Program-made: the position numbers and the translations under genes
NCBI GenBank assembly: GCA_965178125.1
Contig: OZ237767.1
Coordinates: 310,001-374,000, forward strand
Source: Bilabrum cf. latius
Lineage: Eukaryota
Length of the DNA: 64,000 bases
Direction: 5' to 3'
Shown: positions 35,701 to 48,689 of the stretch, one piece after another
Layout of the letters: each line of letters starts with the position of its first letter
Position numbering within the stretch: the first letter of the stretch is position 1
The notes under the pieces: model-generated
What the model saw: only the letters and a program-made list of their open reading frames with translations
Database searches by the model: none
Told to the model about the DNA's origin: nothing

Positions 35701-37131
35701 GTGGCGGGCGCTGCAGCGGCACGCGCCAAGATCGTGGAGAGAGCTGCGGGTGGTGAAAGTGGCACATCGGCAAGCGGGAGGGCATCAGCCTCTAGTTCGG
35801 CTTCTTCGTTTGGAAAGAGGCTTGAAGGGAACCCCGGAAAAGGGGTGGAGATGGTGGGCGTGGGTGGAAGCCGGAAGGGAGGCGTGAGTGCGGGAAGCCA
35901 TCAGCTGTCGGGCGCGGGTCTGGAATCGGACGCTGCATCGGACAAGGACATCGAAATTCTAGTCAGGCTCCGTCGCAGGGCAGATGCAGACGAGGAGGAG
36001 CGAAAGATCCTCCGGTACATGTAGGCGAGGTACGGCAGCATGTTGCTCACCGCAGAGGCCAGCGCAAGGGCGGCGAGGATCGAAAGCCTCGGGGATCTGG
36101 ACGCGCTGGCAGGGAAGGTGGTAACGGAGGAGGGGGATGAGGAGGAGGAGGAGGGTGTTGGAGGTGTCCGAACCACGACCTCTGGTCGCGGGAGCGAGGA
36201 TTTGGGTAAGCAGGATGATTAGGGCAAGGGGGGGGAAGGGGCGGTTTCGGGTGCATCGCGCTCTGGTTCTGCTTCTACTTCAGCTCCAGCCGCTGCTGGT
36301 ACCGGTACTGCATCCGGTGTGACTCCTGCGGGCAATGATGGGGGAGAGGGAGAGAAGGATATGGAGGAGGATCAAGCTGGTGGTGGTGCAGCACCAACAC
36401 CAATCGAGGCTCCAATCGTGCCTAGTGCATCGCACGATAGTGCTGCAATCGCCGGCAGCAGGTCGGCCGCGAGTCGCCCCGTTGTGATGGCTGGTGGTGA
36501 TGCCGCAGGCGAGGCGCAGACCCCTGCAGTGACCCCACTCGAAGCCGGGGGGGACTCAGAGAACATCGAAGAGGCGGAGGGTGTCGTGAAGCAGGCGACC
36601 CATCGGAGCGGCGGTCGCAAGCAACGGGGGCGCGGTGGGCAGCACAAGGAGCGATCCCCGACCCAATTCACGGACTCGATCCGGGGCGTGGTCAGCGCCG
36701 AGCAGGCAGTGCGGAAGAGCGTGCTTCGGTCGCACCTCGGGGGCCATACCGAGATATGGTGCGCGATGTTTGACAACACCATCAAGGCGCTTGCAGCAGA
36801 GGTGATCGAGATGGATGTGCAGCTCGAGACGAGGACCGACATCATGTGGTTGCACGAGTGGCTGGCAGGGCGCATCATCCTGGATGCGCTTCAGAAGCAC
36901 TACGCCGCCAAGGTGCTGGCCAGGAGCAGGAGTGCAAGCCGAGGGGGCAGCGGGGCGCAGTGGGCGGTGCAGGGTCGCGAGCTGGGTGCATCACACGACA
37001 GTGCAGAGGGCGGCGAGGAGGAGGGCCAAGAGGACCAGGGGGGTGCCGGCGGGAAGGAGGATCCGGAAAAGCAGGAGGGGGCTGAGGGGGCGGGGGCAGC
37101 AATCGGTGACGCTGGCAGCCAGGATGACTGA
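29764..37131 (+). CDS. Four-domain voltage-gated cation channel alpha subunit (Cav/Nav family; ~2,405 aa)
   Basis: Four 6TM repeats, each with WN.(L/F)D-type S3, Arg-rich S4 and a pore loop. Intron 34246-34395 (GTGAGT...GCAG) restores LNLF|VGSVIDSF. TAG readthrough; ends TGA. Confidence 0.93.
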
Positions 37132-38200
37132 GGCGGGCTGGTTCAAGTTGCACCCACTCCGATGTGTTGCTCCATGCCACGGGAATCTCTGTTGGGCCTC
37201 TCGAGCGCGGCTGCCGAACGCAGCCGCTTGCTTGGCACTGATTACCCCTACAGAAGTGAATGTAAACAGTCTCAATCCATCGGATCTATGTCACGTTCAT
37301 AGAATACAAATGCTTGATTCAAAGCACACAGTGTGCCACACACTACCCAACTACAGCGACTAACCCGGGGAGTAATCGCGGACCAGTACTGACCCAGAGA
37401 GGGGCGTAAACCTAATGAATCAAGTAAGGATACGATACGTCCTTATCCTCCACGCGTGAGGATTAACAAAAAGTCGATGCGGAGTTTGCCCTAACTTAAG
37501 CTTCTACCCCCCTCCCCTTCCCCCAATGTGGGGGTATTGTATCATCTTCTACCCCCCAACCCCCCTCCTGACCCGGAACCCCTCCGAGCCCCGCCGCCCC
37601 CTTCCCGCATTCCTGCCCTGTATGTACCTCTCGCTTCATCCACCCCGTCCACCTTGTCCACCTGTCCTCTAATCCACCCACCCCCCTTTCCCCTCACCTC
37701 AATCATGCCTCACGACTTGTCTACTCGTCCGAGCGCTATACCCAGCGCGAAACCTCAGCCTTAGAGGTACAACCCCCTCAAGCATTAGTGCGGCTGCAGT
37801 AGCAACCGGTGGCCCACTGGCAGTGGTGGGGCAGCTGGCGCTTCAACTGCATCCAAATCCTACGCACTACCAGTTCCACCAGCCTGATGCAGTGTCGCTC
37901 CTAGCTGTGCAGGTCCTGGTGCCAGCTCTCCCACTTGACCGCCAGCTCCTGCTGCGGCCGCCCCCTGTGCGAGCAGCTCACAAACGTTAATGATATATTT
38001 GCTCGTGAAAGCTGCATTCCGTATGGCGATCAATCCGGCAATATCCCGAGCCCAGAACCTTGCCTGGGCAACGACTGACTTGCTCCTATTCTTTCCGAGC
38101 CGCTTACGCCTGATGCGTGCAGTAGTCTATTCTCCGGCATTCATGTGGGCTTATGTGACGAGTGCGGATTGAACATTCGTGGCGTGTCGCATAGAAAAGA

Positions 38201-38854
38201 ATGTGGGGCGTTCAGCGCCTTATTTCATGCTTCTCTTGCGATTCTGTGCGTGATGTTGATGCCAAACTGGCTGATCTGCTGAGATCCTCGGCTTCGAAGG
38301 AAGAATTCACGAGCAATCTTATGATTGTAGGGGCCTCTTTGGCATCGGGGCTTTGGAGCGGAAAACATGGCCCTAGCGTGTGGTTGAATGCGCTATTCGC
38401 AGCGGGAGCGCCGCTTTTTGATCGAAATGATTATTTAGAAAGCATTTCACTTGCTGTGAGGAATGCTGTCGTGGAGGGTGTAGCACCAGCAGCGCACTTG
38501 CAGTAGGTACTCGGCTTCTGCTACGGCAACCGAGCACACGCCGATGCCGAGCACCTGTTCCCGCTTTGTTCCCAAGCTCGCCATACCTGGGACGAGAAAA
38601 CACGTACGTTGGTACTGTTTAGGGCAGGACTCCGAGGCGGGGTTTCCGTGAGCAGCTGGTGGCTATCCAAACGATACCAGAACAAGCTGGCCGCCTTGCT
38701 ATCAACGGACCGCGACGCACGAAGTCGGGCTGTAGCGGCCGTCACGAAGCCGGCTCACCAGCTTGAGCCGCCTAGTATGGAAGAACGTCGCGAAGTTCAT
38801 CGGCACGCGAAGGAAAGGTGGCGGATATTCCGCGAGATGCTGGATGCGCTGTGA
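38201..38854 (+). CDS. Hypothetical protein (217 aa)
   Basis: Two track ORFs join through one TAG; ends TGA; no recognised domain. Confidence 0.45.
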
Positions 38855-39490
38855 TTTGAGCGGCCGCGAGCGGTCCAAGTTGCACTTCGCATCGAGCAAT
38901 CGAGTGGATCGGGCAGTAAAAAGGATAATTTGCCGCACTGGTGGCCTAACATTGAATACTAATACAGATATTATGCAGCAGCGCTGTAATTGCTCATCTC
39001 TAATCGCTCAGCCAGTGGCAGAAAGAACCCCACGTAACCTTGAGATCTTGACGAGAGTTGCGCGCCATGGGATGCCATGCATATTGCAAGAGACTGAGTT
39101 CGATTGCTACTATTAAGTATTCAAAGCGGAATCATGTCATGCTCGCACGGCTCCGGCCTCACGGGCCTTAGCCACGAGTGTAGCAGCAACAGGGTCGGTG
39201 CAATCGCACGCACGAGCGCCGTCCAAACGCCCATCCCCTGACTGATAACCCGGCAGCACACACCAATCGATAGCTTTCACTGCCTATCACTCCCATCGTA
39301 GGGGTGGCGGGCAAGTTATCGCGAGGAGAGCGGGCCGCGAACAGCGTACCCCGCACCTCCCCGTAGCTTTGAAGCCTCTTCCAGCAGCACGTGTGATCAG
39401 CTTCAAGACCCCGGCAAGCCGCCACCGAGATGCTAATTCATTCCCCGCAGCGCCATGCCGGGCCTTGAATCTGTATCCTGCAAGGCGCGC

Positions 39491-40456
39491 TCACTCCTCC
39501 TTGATGGCCATGGCCTTGTCGGCGGGCTTGGCGAGGTCGACCGAGAACTTGGAGATGGGGCTCTCCTGCATGCGGGTCTCCATCCACAGGTCGGGGGACA
39601 GGTAGGTGTACGACTTGCGGAGGGCGAAGAAGCATGCCTTGATGAAGTTGCCCATGGTGCGCGTGTGGCCGCGGGAAGACGTGTAGCAGTCCTGCACGCC
39701 GGCGAGGGCGAGCATCTTCTTGGTGGCGGGGGCGGCGACCAGCCCGGTACCACGAGGGGCGGGGATCAGGCGCACGCGCACGGAGCCGCAGGCGCCCTGC
39801 AGCTTCTGGGGGACGGTGTGGGGGAGTCCGCGGCGGGAGCCCCAGTACCCGCGGCGCACGGGCACGAGCGCCAGCTTAGCGGCGGTCAGGGCACCGCGGA
39901 TGGCGATGGCCACCTCGGTGGAGACCTTCACGCCAAGGCCGATGTGGCCGTCGTGGTCACCCACGGCCACAAAGGCCTTGAAACGGGTGCGCTGACCGGC
40001 GGTGGTCTGCTTCTGCACGGGCACGACCTTCATCACCTCGTCGGTCAGGGAACCCTCCTCTGCGACAGCCAAAGACGAACAAAATACAGCCACGCGACAA
40101 ATGAGTACATTTTTATTATTTTGGCAAGTTTGCGCAAAAGCTGAAGCAGATGACTCACCCTTGAAGAAGTAATCGATGATCTCGGCCTCCTTGACGGGCA
40201 GGGAGTGCAGGTAGATCTCCTCGAGGCTCTTGATCTTGCCCATCTTAATGAGGCGGCCCAGCTTAGTTACTGGTACCCATTCCCCAGGGCCATCCGAGCC
40301 ACGACCGCGCCCGCGTCCACGCCCACGGCCGCGTCCGCGACCGCGTCCGCGACCGCGTCCGAACCCGCCCTGGTCCTCACCCTCAGCAGGGGCCGGCGCC
40401 ACCTCGGCGTCGTTACGAGCGGCTCCAGTTGCTACGATTCCACCTTCTTCAGCCAT
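39491..40456 (-). CDS. RPS2: 40S ribosomal protein S2 (uS5)
   Basis: RG-repeat N-terminus, [46 protein letters not shown]. In-frame 99-nt intron 40060-40158; TGA stop. Confidence 0.98.
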   Translation of the reverse strand: MAEEGGIVATGAARNDAEVAPAPAEGEDQGGFGRGRGRGRGRGRGRGRGRGRGSDGPGEWVPVTKLGRLIKMGKIKSLEEIYLHSLPVKEAEIIDYFFKGESSASAFAQTCQNNKNVLICRVAVFCSSLAVAEEGSLTDEVMKVVPVQKQTTAGQRTRFKAFVAVGDHDGHIGLGVKVSTEVAIAIRGALTAAKLALVPVRRGYWGSRRGLPHTVPQKLQGACGSVRVRLIPAPRGTGLVAAPATKKMLALAGVQDCYTSSRGHTRTMGNFIKACFFALRKSYTYLSPDLWMETRMQESPISKFSVDLAKPADKAMAIKEE

Positions 40457-40596
40457 AATGCTACTTATACTCTCTGGACGGAAAGAATGCTCGGAATTGC
40501 GTTATTGGTCGCTTCTGATCGGATCAATGTTGTGCGTACTTTCAGAAGATGCAATAAATCAATTTCGGTATTGCTTCTACCAAACCCGGCAAAGGA

Positions 40597-43536
40597 ATGA
40601 AAGGGGGCATTACTGTCATTTTCCTATTTATTTGTTTATTTCTTTCCTGCGCTCGCTGCCGTGACGCCAACAATCCACGATCCTCACGCGTGTCTGGCAA
40701 AGCCAGCGCAGTTGCTGTTGGGGATTCACAAGCATATGCTGCAGCATCTGGCCGTAAGCCAGCCCGATCCAGTTAGCATGTCGCAAATAAGGGAGCTAGT
40801 ATCACTAAAGGCTCCCCTGGGGCGGCTCTGCTTGACGTTACGGACCCTGTCATGGCGGGAAACCCGCTAGCACTGGAAGCAACCGGCACCCATCTCGACG
40901 GAAGCCAGTTGAATCAACTGCAGAGTGGTACATAGCAACTCGAAAACCCTCCGTCTCCGGTATCAGTGGCTTTGGCTCCGGCTGTGGCTGCGGGTGTCAT
41001 TGGTGGCGGCGGCCAGGCCGGAGGAGCAGGCGGTGCTAACGCCGGTACCCCTCCCACCCCGCAGCAGCTACAGCAACAGGCCAAGGAGGCCCAGGCTTCA
41101 ACTATTCCTATTGTACCACTGCAGGCTGCACCCGGTGCTGCTACGGGCGTGCCAGCCCAGCTCGTCACGCCCGCAGTGCACCACGACATGGTGCTGTACA
41201 ACCTGCCGGGCAGCCCAGAGTGCGAGGCGGACGCCTTCCAGGTCTGCTCCAGCGTGGTCAGGCTCTGCATAGGAGGCCACGAGTGCGCACTTCAATGCCA
41301 TGCACCAGAAGCTCCAAAGGTATCCGAGGCGTGTCTCAAGACGCACCCGTGCGCCATCGACGCAGAGGCGCTGTGCACGGGGGTTGCGACCAATCGAGTG
41401 ATGAACTGCCTCCGGACGGCCGCCAGGGAACACAAACTGACCCCGAAGTGCGCCAACTCCGACCCCTGTCTGTCCCACCCGGAGCGCCCGAGGTGTATGG
41501 ACCAGCACAGCCTCGCAGCCCAGGACGCGCAGCAGGAAGGTAGTCAGCCGATGCTGGACGGGGACGGGAAAGGCCATGGGCACCACCAGCACCATCATCA
41601 CCACAATCCATTTCGGCTGATGCTTCCCCTGATGCCGTTCCATGCCAAGAGGAAGCGCCACGTGGCATTCTCGCAGGCCATGCAGCACTTGCTCGAGGGA
41701 TCGCCCATAGAGGGCGGATCCTTCTCTAGCATTGGCCAGCTGGCCCATGGCAACTCGCCTGACGGCAGCAGTGCTGGGGATCAGGGGGCAGAAGACGACG
41801 ACGGGGCCAATGTAGAAGGGCGGGCGGGTGCTGATGGAACGTTCGCAGGCACTGATTCTGATTCCGAGTGCGACTGCCTGCCGACCAGCCCGTGTGGGGA
41901 GCACCTGGAAGATCCATTTTGCGAGCCGTGTGACGAGTAGGAGAAAGGGGGTGGCCAGGGGGGCCCTGGAAAGGTCGCGTGCGTGCGGAACCAGCTCTGC
42001 GGCGCCGGTCGGTACTGGTGCGAGGTGTCTCCAAAATGCAGGGGCAGGCCAGGGGTGATTTCCCTAGATCACAGGGGTTGCGTGGGCCCCTATGGTGTGC
42101 AGGCCACGAGGGCGGCGCTGGGGGCCCCTGCACCTGCCACGGCGGCGTCGGCGGCGCAAGGGGGACTGCCTGGGCTCGCCGCCGTCGCCTCTGCACTCGG
42201 GGTGGGCGGATCCGGAGCCGAAACCAGCGGCGGCAGCGGTGAGGGTGTCACGGGCACAGGTGTGGAGGCGCAGCACAGGTATGACGAGTGCGAGGCCAGG
42301 ATCGCCGGGCTGCTGGCGCAATGGGAGCTCGCGGAGCACAGACCCTCCCACCTGATGCCGATGCGCGGCGACGGATCCGGTTCCGCAGCCGTCATGGTCT
42401 TCGGTGGGGGCGGTGTGGATGACGGGCAGCTGCTACACGAGGAACGGCGCCGCATGGACGACCGGTGCCAGGCCCAGCTGAAGCTGCATAGAGAGGGCGA
42501 CGTGTGCCCCGAGCCTCCGCGGGGTTCCATCGCCAGCATCGCGGACCTGCCGCCCCCCGATGAGCGCAGGTACCGCAGGCAGTGCATGCTTCAGCCCAGG
42601 GTGGGTTCCCTCCTCCGCAGCGTGTTTGGCGGTGTGTCTGATCTGCTGGCGGAGGGCCTTCAGCAGGCTGAAAGAGAGCTGGATGGAGCGAAGGCGATCA
42701 TGGAGGACGGGGTGGACAAAGGCGCCGAGGGGGAGAGAGAGGAAGCAGGGGGCAATGTGGCGACGAGCGGGAGTAATTTGGGTGCAGTGCAGGGTGGTGT
42801 TGTGGTGGATGAGAAGTCATCGGATGCAAGCCGCGAGCAACGGCAGCAATCCGAGAAAGAAGAGGAAGACGCAGCCGAGGAGGGGGATAAGGAGGAAGAC
42901 AAATATCTGGAAGAAATGGAAGAGCTGGAAGAAATGGATGACCTGATGCTCCTGCCGAGCACGAGCACAACAGACGGTGGTGTGACGAGTGAACAGACGG
43001 CCAGCTCAGCGGAAGATGGTGGCGGGCTTCGATTCGCGAGCAGCTCCCTGAATCCGGGCAGCTCGGTGCCGCGATGGGCCGTCTTGGTCGGCATGGTAAC
43101 AGTAGCTTGCCTGTGCGCGTGCGGTGCGTGGGTGTGCGGCTGCTGTGGCAAAGGCAAGGACAAGGCCTGGCAGCAGGCCAGGAGAGGTACGCAACGTGCG
43201 AACAGAGCTGCGGAAGGGTCGGGCGAGTACCAGGACATTAATATGCGGGCCTAGAATTCTGCCAACGGAGATGGCGAGTATGCTGATCCGCCAAGCAGCG
43301 TGCAACACCCGTCGGCCGCAGACGCAGGGGGGGCGGCAGGTCGCAAACGAAGGGGTTTGCACGCCACACATGGGTCGGGGAGCGATCTCGAGTCCGACAG
43401 CGACGACATGGACTTTTTTGGAGGTGACGGTGCGAGCGCAGCTGGGACACTGGCAGATGCTGGCAGCGGCCACACGGGCAAAGCAGCCAAATCCGCTCGG
43501 GGGTGGGGCTCCCAGCGGCTCCGGCAAGCACGATAA
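40597..43536 (+). CDS. Type I membrane protein with GLG1/Cys-rich-repeat-like segments (979 aa)
   Basis: Signal peptide MKGGITVIFLFICLFLSCARC; CxxDxxxxC...CL...L(S/T)xxC repeats; one TM segment near the C-terminus; TAG readthrough; TAA stop. Confidence 0.8.
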
Positions 43537-45105
43537 AGTGCAGTGGTGAGCACAACAGCTTCGGCGAGGAATATCTGCGCTTTCGAGTGCATCCACACCG
43601 TGTCATTGGCAGCCAAGAGCACACTTCGTGAATCTGGGTAGCATGCAAGTTACTTTGTGGGCACGAGCAGGATTGCAAGGCTAGGTGGTAGGAAGTTTTC
43701 CGGCAGCGCCACTCATTCGTACGGCTCATTGACAAACATTTGACGCCTTGTCTGATAGAACTATGGGCAGTGGGCTGTTACAGTAGCTTTGAAACCTTAT
43801 TGGAAACAATGGTTCTACATCCACGCCGCTGTCGCGCCCAAGATACGCTTGCCCTTAACCGATAAGCAGCCCACCAAGCATTGCAATAACAAAGCATGCC
43901 ACACGATGTGCACGTACAGAGGTCTGCTTATTTTGAAGCATATGTTCGTTGATTCTCGAGTGTGTTAGACACCGATTCGAATCTAAGTATTCGACAAAGC
44001 TACGCGGTTTTGCATTCTGTCCGTCTATTGGACTTAATTGCTTTAAATGAAGCCGCCCCAGAGAGTTATCGAAACAACATACAAACAAATAGCGCTAATA
44101 GACACTACAAACGCCAGTCATGCCTGGCTGTGAGCACAAATAGGATTTCGATCTGATAAGGATCTGTCGAAGTTTCGCAGCGTGCAATGCCAACCAAGCG
44201 TAGGATAGAGAACGAAATACTAAACCGTCGTCGAATTTATGATTTGAATCACATAGAAGCTAGAAGAGCGTGTTTCTTTAGCAGAATTGGGGTCAAACGC
44301 ACAGGTTTCTGCAAACTGAACTCGGGCGCCAATAATCGTCCGGATTGCCAGTGGGATGCCCCCCTGGGTCGGTATTGCCGATAACAACTCGACATTACCC
44401 ATAGCTGCGGTCTCAGAATTTGTTTCACCTCGCTGATCAGGGCCAAACAGTCAAAAACCAGATAAACTTATCCACAGCATGCGGGATCGTTCTCGGCCGT
44501 AACACGCACAGGCAGTCTGAACCTGTTTGGAGCTCCGCACAGTACTACAGTTCAAATCCAACCAATACATACTGAATTCAATCATGCGTTCATAAGTCCC
44601 ACTTTGGAGCCGGAGCAGCAATATCGCCAGCTCGGGTCTGTCATCAGAGATCTTCCCACAGCGAGCACAGTGGACTGGCCACATCTCTCTGTAGTCGACA
44701 CGGCACGCCCCACAATTATCACCTATCGAGCCAGGTGGGCATTTCATTATGTAACACGGGAATCGCATGTGCGTACCGCACGGTTCATGAAGACTGAGGC
44801 ACCACGGGTTGCATTTTTGTGTTTGGCGCCGCGGCGGCGCGACTGATGTGATCGCTTTTTGCACACACTGCAAGCATTCTTGCGACACATAGCACGTCAT
44901 TGTCGGTCACATCACGCTCATGTAGAAGTAAAGCATTTGATCGCTAAAAGGTTACCGATAGAAGGTTGGAAGTACGTGATATCTACGCAGTTCGCGGTTG
45001 ACTGAAATTTTGGGGAAGTCAAATTGGAGTCGTCTTGAGCTATATAGGAAGTTAGGAGCTCGTTGCCCACCGTGATCACCAAGATCTGATATATCTAGTT
45101 CTAGC

Positions 45106-47838
45106 ATGGACCCATCGATTGGACGAAAACGGTTGTGGGCTGCGATGCGAGCTGAAGAGGACACTGCCAGCGGCCCTGATGGGGAGTAGACTTCAGTGCA
45201 TTCCAAGCTAGATAACGCGAGGCCCGCCCGCTTACCAGGCGATAATAGGTGGTTGCTACCCACACCAAGTGTGCATGGAGTTGTGGAGCAATATCGACCG
45301 CAGATGTATGGCAGACCGCTTGGCCAGGTTCGCACTCCAGCTAGCCGTGGGTGTGAGGTACCCCCTGCCACTGTATTGAGCACTGCAACGCTGGCTCCCG
45401 GTGCAACCTAGCATGCGTTTTATACGTAGACAGGTAATGATGGGGCTGGGATACAGGTGAAGAGCTTTGCAGGCCCTGGAACCAGCGTTGTCACATCCAT
45501 CGCGGGCCGCCCTCCCCATGGTGGCAGCACCAATCCTTTCGGACAGGCTTCTATCGGTCACCATAGCGCTCATTCTGCCGCTGATTTGAGTTACCATGCC
45601 GATGATGCCTTTCAGCGGGCTCAATCGGGGCAACTGGGGCCCGTGACCAGGGATATTGGACCTCAGCAAGTGGCTGGTGGCGCCAACGCTCAGGAGTACC
45701 CCACGCAGCAGCGCGGCATTCACGCATGGCCGCCGCGCCTAATTTCACATGTGCATTAGGGGAATTTTGATTAGGGTGGTGGCATCCGAGATAGGCCATT
45801 GGAAACGCCGCAGTCATCATTTACGCGGAGAGCCTCGGCCCAGGTCGCACCTATTTAGCATCAACCAGCTTAGCATGCCGCTAGCATGCCACTCGTACGA
45901 TACCAGCGCAGTCATAGTGACCTTTTAGCAGCATCAGGGGAGGCATGTGGGCCGGCCGGCTTTTCGAACGGCAGGATGGGACCTGTTGCTGAAGTATAGC
46001 AGATGAGTGCCCCCCAACACAGCAGCAGCGGGCTAGCAGTTGGCATCAACAACAAATTTGGCAACACCACTAGCATGCACGTCCAGCAATCCCCACTTGG
46101 TAGCTCCAGATCGAGTGCTGCCGGTCCTTTTCGTGGGGTGCAGATGCCTTTTGGAGGAGCTCGGCGGTTTCCTGTCGCAGCGCTCCAGGGTCAAGTGCTC
46201 AGTCCGGCCTGGCAGCTGCTTGCAGACGATGCTCGCTCAAGAGCCACAGGGGCTGGCTTTGTTCTTCGCTCGCGGTCTGCACGTGGAGTTTCTCCTCGTG
46301 AAGGCGTGACGTGGGGATAGGCCCCACGCCAGTTGGGCCCAACCGAGGTGCCCCCCCGGGGGCGCCAGGCCCCTTGGGTAGGGGGTGCAGCACACATGCC
46401 GCGGCAATCAGATTAGCTTGATGTCCCTCCTCCCTTGAAGCACCCTCGGGTGTCCATGGCTGTGCGGCGAGGGTCACTCGTATCTCAGGGCATTGCACTG
46501 CAGGGTGTACCAGCCGCGCTGCCAGGGCCGCCGCGGGTGAGTGCGGGGCAGGGTTCGACTCATGGCGGCTCGCGTGCTCCCGACTCCGGTTCCATGGCCC
46601 GACCAGAGCATCTGGGCCCCCCGCCATCGAGCACGCCCGCACTCATTGCCCCACTCGCATTGACATGGTCCGCTGGGTCTGGAGCAGCTGATTCCCTGCA
46701 GCACGGCGTGGCAGGAGATGGCCTGCCCACAGGCAGTGGCTACGCCTCTGTTACCACCGATATGACGAGCAGCACACGCGCAGGTATTGCAAGCAATTCT
46801 CGTGCAGCCGTGCAGCAGCCCAGGAGTCACCGTCGAATTCGATCGGATGGGTAGATCTAGGGACCTAGTGAGGAGGGTCGCCGCGCACTTTCCCAAGCAT
46901 GGAACCGTGCAGTAGAGCCACAAGAGGCAGGTGCCCCTGGGATGGTAGAGTTGTCAGAGGTGATGCGGCAAGTTCCAGCCGAGTGGGGGAGGAAAAGTTC
47001 CAAGATCAGATGGTTCCGTCATGTGATGGGCTCCAACCGGCACGGGTCCAGCGCAGTTGCTATGCGACGAAGTAAGACTGCAGAGGTCATCCGTCTGTTT
47101 GACGACTTTGACTTCTCGATCCGTTGCTCGACCGAGCTTCTACGAAGAGGCTGCCGAGGCTCGATTGAAGTCGTGCCAAGCAACCCACCTTCATCTTCAT
47201 CTTCATCTTCATCCTCTGCATCCGCTGGTGTGAGGATCAGGCTGCTCAAAGACTTCTCGTACACAGAGGTGGAAGGCTGGGCGCACGGGGACGGCGCTGG
47301 CAAGTGGCAGGTGCTACTGGAGGATCAGTGCATCGACAAGCCCCATGCATCCACCAGTTCTTTACCCCAGGTCGAGGCCGAGGGCCAAGCCGGCGGGATG
47401 GTCAGCCACGAACTGGGCTAGGCTGGGCCTTAGGGCTAGATTCAAGGGAAGAAGCAGGGACAGTAGTAGGCTCGAGCAAACTCCTCGTCATCGTCGTCAT
47501 CTACAGCTCGTGGGCAGGGCAGGGCTGCAGCTGGCACCAGCGGGCTTGCAGCTCGTGCTGCTGACATTTGTTTTGTCCCGCCCGATCCTGCCGGTCGGCA
47601 GGTCCGCGGCTACCAGCTCTATATCGTGTTCCGGCCCGTTGGCGCCACCACCCGGCGGCCGAAGCAGTACCGCACTCCGGTGCAGCGGGGCGTGTCTGTG
47701 GCCAAGCTGCTGCGCGGTGGGACGGAGCGGAGGACGTCCATCTGTGCCAAGCTGAGGAGCGTGACCTCGCCGGACCCCAACGGTGATGAGGACGTTCTTC
47801 AGTGGATCGATGAGCTTGTCAAGTATGGGATCATCTGA
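45106..47838 (+). CDS. Unknown protein, paralogue A (910 aa; low-complexity N-terminus, conserved C-terminal domain)
   Basis: Six track ORFs in one frame joined by many TAGs; ends TGA; C-terminal region is homologous to the next gene. Confidence 0.8.
47571..47780 (+). repeat. 210-bp direct repeat, copy 1 (copy 2 at 51716-51925)
   Basis: One mismatch seen by manual comparison. Confidence 0.92.
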
Positions 47839-48689
47839 TTCCGCATCTCTGGTTCTACTGCAAGTGGACGAGCATCAGATCTCCGGCAGACGGCAAAGCA
47901 CTGGCAGCAGCTTCACCCTCACATGACTGGGTTGAAGTTGAGTCAGCGCCTCCACTTGGAGACTGTGTGCGCCTCGTCTTTTGCGCGGTGTTACCGTTGT
48001 GCTGGCGTGCCAGCATGAGGTCTCTAGAACACATCTATTGGACCGCACCGCGGATGCCGGTCCCTCGACTGTCACCACCGTAGCTTCTAGTATCGAGGGC
48101 TTCTCCTCGTGTGCACTTGGAATATCACAACTTGTCAGTGAATACATTATCTGCAGAATGCAGGATGACAAGCCACAGAGGCAGAAGTGCGGGCACATCA
48201 TTTTATTCAAAAGTAGCGTGATGTTTGAGCCACTGATTTACCTGTCGGCAGTGCTGGGCAGCGCTGCGTGTGCTTGGAAGCTTTTGGGCAGCAGGCGGCG
48301 ACCATCCTGACTGGTACAATGGCAATAAGCAGATTACGTTAAGTTACTACATTTTCTTCAGGAATCGATCGGAACGAAGCCGCCCCGTCAGTTGTGAGCG
48401 ATCTAATTGTCGCACAGAATGTGGTATAATACAGCTTAAACGCCGAGACAATCTCTGGCAAAGCAAAGCGCGTGTTAGGCGCTTGTTTCACCATCCAACG
48501 CAGCCAAGTTACAACGCAAGGCGTAGGAGCAAGCAAGCTGCGGTTAGCCATTCTGGTTGCATGCGCTGCTAAAGGTAGGTTGGGCTTACGGATCCTAAGA
48601 CAGCCTTGCCTCGAAGCGTCGGATACTGCAGGCCCACATTCTTAGCGAGCTATTCGCAGCCTCACTTGTGCTGAATAGAGTGAGCTGGT

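Noticed and set aside
37785-38144. Minus-strand 119-aa ORF under TAG=Gln
   Set aside because: No motif or other support; could be chance.
43600-45100. Cys-rich ORF 44451-44900 or an RNA gene in this gap
   Set aside because: No recognisable domain, and no tRNA cloverleaf (including a CUA suppressor) was seen by eye.
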